52,446 bases of DNA from a virus (Duplodnaviria; Caudoviricetes): the IMG/VR virus record IMGVR_UViG_3300036792_000044, positions 1 through 52,446 of that record. One strand, 5' to 3'. This document shows positions 9,745 to 16,586 of this stretch, in pieces. The position numbers and the translations under genes were made by a program. The notes beneath the pieces are model-generated. The model had not been told where the DNA came from. It worked only from the letters and a program-made list of their open reading frames with translations, and did no database searches. How positions within the stretch are numbered: position 1 is the stretch's first letter; the number at the start of each line of letters is the position of its first letter.

Positions 9745-9914
9745 GATGCTTTGTCTCCTGTTTGGTCGTCTGCGTGTGACGGTACGCGCAGGGTCCGACA
9801 AAGCAAGCGCTTTGAACCCGGCGATCCCAAAGGTGTGGGTACACCTAGTGATTCAGCCGGTACCGTAGCTGCGCTCAGATGCCCATTGCTGCCGCTCAGA
9901 TCGATTCTGGGCAC

Positions 9915-9948
9915 AAAAAAACCCCGACAGGACGAATCCTGCCGGGGT
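9915..9948 (-). terminator. rho-independent terminator closing the ribozyme operon
   Basis: Minus strand CCCCGGCAGGA-TTCG-TCCTGTCGGGG followed by T7. Confidence 0.85.
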
Positions 9949-9967
9949 CAATTTGTGTTCGTCTCCC

Positions 9968-10150
9968 TTAGCGCTTACGCGCCTGCATTCCGTTGGCTAC
10001 CGTAGGTTTCCGTGGTCTGCTGTAGACCGTGAGCCACATACGAACCAGGTTCGATATGTTCGTGCCGTCGCGCTTCGCTTGCGCTGTCGCACTGTCCCAC
10101 AGTTCATCATCGATGCGAATGTTTCGCGTCTTAGTTCCCTTGCCGGGCAT
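9968..10150 (-). CDS. ribbon-helix-helix (Arc/CopG-like) DNA-binding protein
   Basis: TRNIRIDDELWDSATAQAKRDGTNISNLVRMWL fits the RHH pattern; AAGGA SD. Confidence 0.75.
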   Translation of the reverse strand: MPGKGTKTRNIRIDDELWDSATAQAKRDGTNISNLVRMWLTVYSRPRKPTVANGMQARKR

Positions 10151-10183
10151 GATGTTTCATCCTTTCCTTTCCTGAATCCGTTG

Positions 10184-10534
10184 TTACACTTTCATGTTCG
10201 GCGTGGACAGCCATGCGTCGAGTGCGGGCATGTTGGACGGGCACAGGTCGTACACCGCTTCAACGATGATGACCGCCGCGTCGTGCGCCGTGACACCAGA
10301 GCTAAGCGCCGCTGCCGCTTCGGTATTGATGCCCGCCGTACCGTTGGCGCTGGCGTCCGAGCACACTTGATGCCCTACTGCCAGCGTAATCGGCGCGGTG
10401 TAAACACCATGCGCCGCAACGTCATTGATGAACGACGCCTCGTCGGCCTTCGCCGTCTGAGCGAAGCTCATAGCGACCGCCGTGGCAGCGCCCGCGATTG
10501 CGCAGACAATGCCAGACCTCTTGTAGTTCTTCAT
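10184..10534 (-). CDS. DUF732-like secreted mycobacterial protein
   Basis: Signal peptide ending AKA-D; F...GHQVC...AVYDLCP motif. Confidence 0.7.
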   Translation of the reverse strand: MKNYKRSGIVCAIAGAATAVAMSFAQTAKADEASFINDVAAHGVYTAPITLAVGHQVCSDASANGTAGINTEAAAALSSGVTAHDAAVIIVEAVYDLCPSNMPALDAWLSTPNMKV

Positions 10535-10611
10535 GTTTCGTCTCCAATCTGTTGTGTTTCGGACTGAGTTGTCCAGCGGCTCAGCCTCTTACGAGGCTGG
10601 CCTAGTACTAC

Positions 10612-10824
10612 TCAGTGCGTTCTCTTGTGCGCCTTGAGCCACGCGCCGAAGTCAATCAGCGTGTGCCCCTTGGCTTTCGCGTGTTCCACGTCCCCGGCAT
10701 ATGCGCCGGTTAGTTCCTCGAATGCCTGCTCCTGCCGCCATCGTTCGATACGGTAGGACGCGACGAGGTCGGCGTGAGCCGGTGAGCAAGACCTGTGGCG
10801 CGTACTGCATGGCGTGAAAGTCAT
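10612..10824 (-). CDS. hypothetical protein (ribozyme cassette gene)
   Basis: ATG at 10824 after the shared GATTGGAGAC SD leader. Confidence 0.7.
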   Translation of the reverse strand: MTFTPCSTRHRSCSPAHADLVASYRIERWRQEQAFEELTGAYAGDVEHAKAKGHTLIDFGAWLKAHKRTH

Positions 10825-10846
10825 TGCTGTCTCCAATCGTTGGCTT

Positions 10847-10908
10847 GTCTCTTCAGTGGGGAGGGAACCACCCTAACCCAGACCCGCTGCACCGCAGCGG
10901 GTTTCGAC
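10847..10908 (-). ncRNA. type II hammerhead ribozyme HH-1
   Basis: GUC-GAAA-CCCGCUGC(GGU)GCAGCGGG-UC^-stem I-CUGAAGA-GAC; predicted cut between 10881 and 10880. Confidence 0.9.
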
Positions 10909-10912
10909 TATC

Positions 10913-11251
10913 TCAGTGTGTCGACCATGTCTGGCCTCCGTCGTGTGAGTGCACGCCACGGGCCAGCGCTGCACGGTCAACGGCCTTACCCGCCAACATT
11001 TCTTGGCGTTGCAGGTTCATCTTGGCAGCAGCGCTACCAGACCGTGTGATGGTCCGGTAGATGCACGCGTCGGAGATACCGTCGCGGTCGCTGTCGGACA
11101 GCCCGAGGAACGTAACCGCTCCCTGTGGGCCAACTTTCAGCTTCAACCGGCCGCTTGAAATGAGCTTGTCAATCTGGCTCATTCGCTTGCGTACCTCTTC
11201 CTTGCGCTGCGCGAGCGTTTGGCGAGGCTTCAGCATTGTGTCGCATACCAT
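10913..11251 (-). CDS. hypothetical protein of the AAA-ATPase module
   Basis: 112 aa; MVCDT...VGPQGA...DACIYR...HSHDGG motifs; shared SD leader. Confidence 0.8.
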   Translation of the reverse strand: MVCDTMLKPRQTLAQRKEEVRKRMSQIDKLISSGRLKLKVGPQGAVTFLGLSDSDRDGISDACIYRTITRSGSAAAKMNLQRQEMLAGKAVDRAALARGVHSHDGGQTWSTH

Positions 11252-11272
11252 TTTGTCTCCAATCGTTGTGGC

Positions 11273-11333
11273 AGTCTCTTCAGTGAGGGAATGCCAATCC
11301 CTCAGACCTGGTGCTAGGCACCAGGTTTCGACT
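11273..11333 (-). ncRNA. type II hammerhead ribozyme HH-2
   Basis: AGUC-GAAA-CCUGGUGC(CUA)GCACCAGG-UC^-UGAGGGA(UUGGCAU)UCCCUCA-CUGAAGA-GACU; cut between 11305 and 11304. Confidence 0.93.
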
Positions 11334-12070
11334 TATCCGGCGAGGTCTATGTTCCTGCCGTTCTTCGGTCGCACGTACTCGACACCGCCGCTATTCTCGA
11401 TGTCGAGGAACTGCACGCGTGCCATCTTCAGACGCGTAAGCGCTTGCCGGTCAACCTCTTTCGCAGCAGCTTGACCAACCTGGCTCATCTTGTCTGCCAC
11501 CTGGCGAGACGCCTTAATGGCTGCTTGCAACCTCGGCGTTGCCTCCGGTGACAGCACCTTGCCGACCTGCGTTAGCTTGTTCGCGTTGTCTCGAATCATC
11601 TTGGGGTCCAACGCTTTAACGCCTGCCTGCATACCGTCCACCAACTGGCGTACCTCGCTGGCGATGGCACGAACCGTCTCCACGTCATCCTGAGCTATGC
11701 GACCAGTGATGACGTAGAACGAGATTCGCGTTGTCCGCGCCGTGGCGTTGAACTCGTCGGCAAGCCTGCGGGCCTCTTCGACGGCCTCTCGCAAATCTTC
11801 CTCTTTGTTGTTGGGGCAGATAAGCGAGTTGCTGAAAGCTGTTGCTACGCAATGCTTCAGGATTAGGCCACGAATCTTGGTCCGCTGCTTGATGGCTGCC
11901 TCTTGCTCGTCAACGTCGTTGACTTGCTTGCGAGTGTGAATGTCGGTTACCTCGGTACGGTCCATCCGCACCACGTCTCGGTCGATGTCGTGGTACGACA
12001 CATTGCCCTTAACGCTGGTGAACATCGACACCAACAGGCCAGGGCGCAGGGTGTGAAATTCCATTGTCAT
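11333..12070 (-). CDS. helical hypothetical protein, possibly DUF3150-like partner of the AAA ATPase
   Basis: ATG at 12070 after the shared SD; helical/coiled-coil composition. The family assignment is from recollection only. Confidence 0.7.
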   Translation of the reverse strand: MTMEFHTLRPGLLVSMFTSVKGNVSYHDIDRDVVRMDRTEVTDIHTRKQVNDVDEQEAAIKQRTKIRGLILKHCVATAFSNSLICPNNKEEDLREAVEEARRLADEFNATARTTRISFYVITGRIAQDDVETVRAIASEVRQLVDGMQAGVKALDPKMIRDNANKLTQVGKVLSPEATPRLQAAIKASRQVADKMSQVGQAAAKEVDRQALTRLKMARVQFLDIENSGGVEYVRPKNGRNIDLAG

Positions 12071-12093
12071 GTTTGTCTCCAATCGGTTTGGCT

Positions 12094-12157
12094 TGTCTCT
12101 TCAGTGAGCAGGGAGCCACCCTAACTCAGACCCGCTGCTAGGCAGCGGGTTTCGACA
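12094..12157 (-). ncRNA. type II hammerhead ribozyme HH-3
   Basis: UGUC-GAAA-CCCGCUGC(CUA)GCAGCGGG-UC^-stem I-CUGAAGA-GACA; cut between 12129 and 12128. Confidence 0.92.
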
Positions 12158-13735
12158 TCACACCAGATCAAGCTGGCGTCCGCGCTTGCGCGCCGTGCTG
12201 GTGTCCGCTGCGGCAGCGCTGGTCGCCGGGCGAGCACGCCCGAGCCAGAACTCCCGCAGACGTTCGATCTTCTCGAACGCTGACTTCGCCAGTGGCACAA
12301 CCGTTTTCGCTGCTTCGAGCAGGTCGTCGGTTGTGACCTCACGTGCGCCATCGTTGAACGCCGCGAACATTGCATCCGGTACCAGAGCAGCTAGCTCAGC
12401 GCCGGTAAACAAGTCCGTTGCTTCGCTGATAGCTGCCAGGTTGACATCTGCACTGCTCCGACCGTGCGCCTTCAGCGCGGCCGTCGTAATGCTGGCACGC
12501 TCGCCAGGTGTAGGCAGGTCAACCCACCACACCTCGTCAAAACGTCCCTTGCGCAACAACTCTGGCGGTAGCTTCTCGGCATTGTTGGCGGTCGCGATAA
12601 CGAACGCCTCACCTTGCCGGTCTTGCATCCACGAGAGGATGGCACCGAGCGCATCCGCACTCACGCCACCGTCGGCCGAACCCGAAGTTGCACCCTCAAG
12701 CGCCTTTTCGATTTCGTCCAACCAGACAACGCAGCGGCCGATAGCCTCGATGACGCCTAATGCCTTGCGCAAGTTGCCCTCTGACTCACCAACGTACTTG
12801 GACTTGAGCGCACCCAGGTCCAAGCGCAGCAGCGGAACGCCCCATGCCGTAGCAATTGCCTTGGCAGTCAACGACTTTCCGCAACCGGGAACGCCGACGA
12901 GCAGCGCACCCTTGGGAGCTGGCAGACCGTACTCTCTGGCAGCCGGTGAGTACGCGCTCGCACGCGACACCAACCATGCCTTCAGATTGTCAAGTCCGCC
13001 AACGGCTTCCAGCCCGCCCGGTATCGGGTCGAACCATTCGATGACACCCTCACGCGCAACCACTCGTTTCTTTTCGGCGGCGACGAGCGCGGAGTCAATC
13101 TTGAAAGCCTGCACCAGCGACCGGGCAAAGGTGGCTTGCGCCTCTTCGCCCGAAAGGCCAACCGCCGCATCGATTGCGGAGTCACGAGAACCGTTGGACA
13201 ACTTCTCAATTCGAGGGTCGTCTTGGTACGGCTCCATGGTGTCGTCCAGTAGCTCTGCAATTTCCTCGCGGTCGGGCAGAGGCCACTCGATAACCGTTGT
13301 GTGGTTGGCTAATTCGGCCGGTACATCTTTTGTTGGTGAGATCACGATGATGGCTTGCGCGTCATCTTGGTCCTTGGCGGGAAGCTGGCGAGCCAGATTC
13401 CTCAAGCGCCGCAAGGGCATTGCGCCCTGCGGGCCGGTGAGCCACACGGGTAAGTCCCGCATGATCCACACGCCACGCTCGCCGGACTTCTCCCCGATAG
13501 CTGTGAAAGCTGCGTCGGGGTCACCCTCGGCATTACCGTAGGTGTTCAACGGCTTTCCAGCCATTGTGGTGAATCCTGCTGCGATGTCCCATGTTTGAGC
13601 AAGGTAACCTGCATTGGCAGCCGCTTGGAAGAGGTACTGTTCTACACGTGCCTCTTCGCGAGTCACTACCCACAGCAACGGGTTACGTGCGCGGAGTAGT
13701 GCAGCGATGTCCAGGGTTACATCTTGTGATTTCAT
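12158..13735 (-). CDS. AAA+ ATPase (Ycf46-like architecture)
   Basis: Walker A GVPGCGKS, Walker B VVWLDEIEK, SRH ATAN...PPELLRKGRFDE; degenerate N-terminal AAA domain. The likely start is the ATG at 13735. Confidence 0.9.
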   Translation of the reverse strand: MKSQDVTLDIAALLRARNPLLWVVTREEARVEQYLFQAAANAGYLAQTWDIAAGFTTMAGKPLNTYGNAEGDPDAAFTAIGEKSGERGVWIMRDLPVWLTGPQGAMPLRRLRNLARQLPAKDQDDAQAIIVISPTKDVPAELANHTTVIEWPLPDREEIAELLDDTMEPYQDDPRIEKLSNGSRDSAIDAAVGLSGEEAQATFARSLVQAFKIDSALVAAEKKRVVAREGVIEWFDPIPGGLEAVGGLDNLKAWLVSRASAYSPAAREYGLPAPKGALLVGVPGCGKSLTAKAIATAWGVPLLRLDLGALKSKYVGESEGNLRKALGVIEAIGRCVVWLDEIEKALEGATSGSADGGVSADALGAILSWMQDRQGEAFVIATANNAEKLPPELLRKGRFDEVWWVDLPTPGERASITTAALKAHGRSSADVNLAAISEATDLFTGAELAALVPDAMFAAFNDGAREVTTDDLLEAAKTVVPLAKSAFEKIERLREFWLGRARPATSAAAADTSTARKRGRQLDLV

Positions 13736-13758
13736 TTTGTCTCCAATCGGTTTGGCTT

Positions 13759-13820
13759 GTCTCTTCAGTGGGGAGGGAGCCACCCTCGCCCAGACCCGCT
13801 GGCTCGCAGCGGGTTTCGAC
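13759..13820 (-). ncRNA. type II hammerhead ribozyme HH-4
   Basis: GUC-GAAA-CCCGCUG(CGAGC)CAGCGGG-UC^-stem I-CUGAAGA-GAC; cut between 13793 and 13792. Confidence 0.92.
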
Positions 13821-14239
13821 TAGCAGTCGCAGCACTCGACGGGCGTAATCGGCATGATCGCCGAGCCGATGTCGATGTGTGCTGTCTTGGGGAATTCCTC
13901 GTAAAACGATTCTTTCCCAAGGTATTTCGCGTATGCGGTGCGAACCTTGGCGTCGGGGTTGATATTGAATACCTCGATCAACACGTCTCGGTAGACGTGC
14001 CAGCACACCGCAGCGACCCTACGCTCGCCGCTCCATTTAATGGAGCGTTTCTGCCCTGGCGCTAACTCTTCGACGGGTAATCCCATACCGTAGCCAGTGA
14101 CCTTGAGCTTCACCGTTGCGCGAAAGCGCTTGGGAGAGTAGGTGGTTCCGAAGTCTGCCCGTAGGTTGTCCGCGTACAGTGCGCCAGCTTTCGCGACGGC
14201 CTGCTCGAATTCCCCTGTGGTGATTCCGGTTATCTGCAT
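13820..14239 (-). CDS. hypothetical protein (ribozyme cassette gene)
   Basis: 139 aa; CWH motif and C-terminal ECCDC; shared SD leader. Confidence 0.8.
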   Translation of the reverse strand: MQITGITTGEFEQAVAKAGALYADNLRADFGTTYSPKRFRATVKLKVTGYGMGLPVEELAPGQKRSIKWSGERRVAAVCWHVYRDVLIEVFNINPDAKVRTAYAKYLGKESFYEEFPKTAHIDIGSAIMPITPVECCDC

Positions 14240-14260
14240 GTTGTCTCCAATCGTTGTGGC

Positions 14261-14321
14261 AGTCTCTTCAGTGAGGGAATGCCAATCCCTCAGACCCGCT
14301 GTCTCGCAGCGGGTTTCGACT
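14261..14321 (-). ncRNA. type II hammerhead ribozyme HH-5
   Basis: AGUC-GAAA-CCCGCUG(CGAGA)CAGCGGG-UC^-UGAGGGA(UUGGCAU)UCCCUCA-CUGAAGA-GACU; cut between 14293 and 14292. Confidence 0.93.
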
Positions 14322-14545
14322 TAAAACATGTGAACGGTTACCACGTATTCGTTCTCACCCTTGGCACCGCGCAAGCGCAGCGCACGAATGAGACCGTGGT
14401 CCATACCATCGAATTCGTCATCGTAGACAACAGCGCTCGCGGTGTTGATTGCCCGCGTGCAGAAGTTGTTTGCTTCCATCTCCGACGCGACACTCTTGGT
14501 CTTGGTCTGGTAGGTGGTCTGCGACTGCATCGTGATCTGGTACAT
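14321..14545 (-). CDS. hypothetical protein (first ribozyme cassette gene)
   Basis: 74 aa; shared SD leader. Confidence 0.75.
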   Translation of the reverse strand: MYQITMQSQTTYQTKTKSVASEMEANNFCTRAINTASAVVYDDEFDGMDHGLIRALRLRGAKGENEYVVTVHMF

Positions 14546-14569
14546 ATTGTCTCCAATCTGAAATGGCTT

Positions 14570-14630
14570 ATCTCGTCAGTGATTTGGGAGCCACCCAAAC
14601 CAGACCCGCTGCTAGGCAACGGGTTTCGAT
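14570..14630 (-). ncRNA. type II hammerhead ribozyme HH-6
   Basis: AUC-GAAA-CCCGUUGC(CUA)GCAGCGGG-UC^-UGGUUUGGG(UGGCU)CCCAAAUCA-CUGACGA-GAU; cut between 14603 and 14602; compensatory AUC/GAU stem II. Confidence 0.9.
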
Positions 14631-15027
14631 TGAAGGAGACGGGCTTCGCCTGCGTCTTGATCTTGCACTACCTGTCGTCTATGAAGCGATCGGCGCATTA
14701 CCCTTGCTTGTGGCGCAGGCGCTACCCGGGACTTCCCGGTCTTACACAGTGAGCAACGACAGTTACTCTAGATCATGGAGCATTTTGAAACCTTATGTGG
14801 GACATCACCTTTCGAGACGTGAAAGGCGTCGACCTTACTGCTAGGTCGAACGGCGGGTGCGTGCAGCGACTGTCGAAGTTCTCGCGCATTCGGTTGCGGC
14901 ACTGCGTCTTACGTATGTCCTGGTGCGTTATAGGAATCCCTTGATTGGGGCTGGCTGCCATCCGCTCGTGTTCGTCGGCTCGTGCGCTCGTAACGTCTTA
15001 TCCAGTTGTCCACCGCGCTAGCGGCTT
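14631..15027 (-). ncRNA. putative structured leader RNA of about 400 nt
   Basis: No convincing ORF; several hairpins; lies between the promoter and HH-6. Confidence 0.45.
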
Positions 15028-15033
15028 GCCGCT

Positions 15034-15062
15034 AGCTTATTCACATGTCCCCACATTGTCAA
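15034..15062 (-). promoter_or_regulatory. SigA/sigma70-type promoter of the early operon
   Basis: TTGACA (15062-15057), 17-nt spacer, TAAGCT (15039-15034). Confidence 0.8.
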
Positions 15063-15432
15063 TACACCGTAGGGTCTAGCTAACCCGAAACGGTGACAAA
15101 AATCTTGTGAACGTGCAGGTCAGGACGTTCCTATGAGAATCCCAGCAAAGTCACAATAACCACACTAGCCCCACTGGTGACAGCAAAAAATACCCGTGCA
15201 GACCAGGGCAAATACTGAAATGCCTTGGCCCGCACGGGAATTCAAATTACGGCTTGACCTGGGATTATCTATCGTATCCGTTCACAATCATGCTCGCTAC
15301 GGGTAGCCCGAAGAACAACCACCACCACATGCCGATGCCGAACATCAGTGCGGCGCAACAGAACTGAGATAGATGATCAGCAGAAACATTGCGCCGTAAG
15401 CGATTACGACCGCTAGGATCAGCGGCCACAGG

Positions 15433-15918
15433 CTAGGTGGTCCCGCAGGCTTTCGCTGCACGGCTCGCGTTGTCCTGGTTGTCCTGGCGCAGCTTGTTCG
15501 CTTCGCCGACCTTGCTCTGATATTCCTGCGTAATCGGATCGGTGTACGCCCGCAACGCCGGATCGTTCTGCGGCAGTCCGCGCAATTCCGGTGGGATACT
15601 AAGCGATTTGGTGATCGCTAGCTGGAATGCGTCTCGCTCCATCTTGTTCGCGGCGTTCTCGTTGGCCTGCGAAACCGCAAGGCGGATAGAGCAATTGCGC
15701 GCCTGATCCACGCTCACCATGATCCACGTCATGGCGATGATGATGATGATTCCGACCAGGGTTATGAACCCATCTCGTTTCACGCGCACCGTTTCGCCGG
15801 GATGCCTGCGTTCCTGCCACGCGCAGACTCCCCAATTGATACCGTAGCCGAGCAGCAACCCGGCGACGAGCACCAAAACGTATGGCAGCGTTATGTTTTC
15901 GCTGAGCCAGTTGAACAT
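15433..15918 (-). CDS. membrane protein with two TM segments (lysis cassette)
   Basis: Two hydrophobic segments and a Cys pair; downstream of the holin. Confidence 0.7.
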   Translation of the reverse strand: MFNWLSENITLPYVLVLVAGLLLGYGINWGVCAWQERRHPGETVRVKRDGFITLVGIIIIIAMTWIMVSVDQARNCSIRLAVSQANENAANKMERDAFQLAITKSLSIPPELRGLPQNDPALRAYTDPITQEYQSKVGEANKLRQDNQDNASRAAKACGTT

Positions 15919-16179
15919 TTAACTCTCTCCCTTATCGACGGAACGCTGCCGGATGCAGTAACCGAACCATGTTGCCAGCGTGCCAGTCCACGCCACCGAA
16001 ATTGTCTGGGGCACAGCGGCTCCCGAGAAGTTGTGAGCCGCTATCCCGCTGGTCACGTAGAACGCCACGTAGAACAGACTGACAGCAGCCATGGCTATGT
16101 GCGGCAGATACTTCTCCTGAAACACGCGCTGCCGCAACGATGTCCGGACTTCTGCCTCTTCGGGCGCTCGGTGAGTCAT
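15919..16179 (-). CDS. membrane protein (lysis cassette)
   Basis: From MTHRAPEE; two hydrophobic segments. Confidence 0.55.
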   Translation of the reverse strand: MTHRAPEEAEVRTSLRQRVFQEKYLPHIAMAAVSLFYVAFYVTSGIAAHNFSGAAVPQTISVAWTGTLATWFGYCIRQRSVDKGES

Positions 16180-16586
16180 ACTGAAATGCACACTCCTAGA
16201 ACGGGATCGAGGACCAGGCCCAACAATTCGCACGACTGCTCTGTTGGTGGTTGCGTAGTCGTCGTGGTCGGTGGCGGAACTGAGTCGGGGGACTCAGTCT
16301 TGCTCGGCTGCTGCGGAATTGGTGGCACCCTCGGCGCGACAGGGATAGGGATTGCCGGGGCTGAGGGCAACGCTGGCAGACTTTCAGGCGGAGAGGGTGG
16401 TGGTTGTACCGCAGACAGATTCACTGGCGCTGGCGACGGCGCAAGAGGCGAACCGCTCGGCACGATCACGGCCGGAACCGACTGCGGAAGTACCACAGCA
16501 GTATCGGTCGCTGGCGCGGACATCGAAATGCCCGCTGCCGCAACCGACACCACTGCGATGACTCCGGTGACGAGCAGTGCTTCACG
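16176..16586 (-). CDS. Pro-rich membrane-anchored or secreted protein
   Basis: Hydrophobic N-terminus, long Pro-rich stretch, C-terminal Cys pair. The start is uncertain. Confidence 0.5.
   Translation of the reverse strand, partial: REALLVTGVIAVVSVAAAGISMSAPATDTAVVLPQSVPAVIVPSGSPLAPSPAPVNLSAVQPPPSPPESLPALPSAPAIPIPVAPRVPPIPQQPSKTESPDSVPPPTTTTTQPPTEQSCELLGLVLDPVLGVCISV

Noticed and set aside
9805-9876. tRNA or YrlA Y RNA gene
   Set aside because: D- and T-loop-like words are present, but I could not build a cloverleaf with proper arms and the order does not fit YrlA as I recall it. Kept only as an unknown structured RNA.
12186-13541. 451-aa plus-strand ORF
   Set aside because: Antisense shadow of the AAA ATPase, Ser/Ala-rich with no motifs; typical of high-GC DNA.
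13736-13783. N-terminal extensions in the ORF track (starts at 13783, 12082 and 10836)
   Set aside because: They run into the ribozyme or SD leader. The ATGs at 13735, 12070 and 10824 follow the shared SD at proper spacing.
10830-14630. Intergenic repeats as a CRISPR array, integron attC sites or simple terminators
   Set aside because: The spacers are whole genes of 0.2-1.6 kb, there is no cas or integrase gene, and there are no U-tracts. The invariant bases are exactly the hammerhead core.
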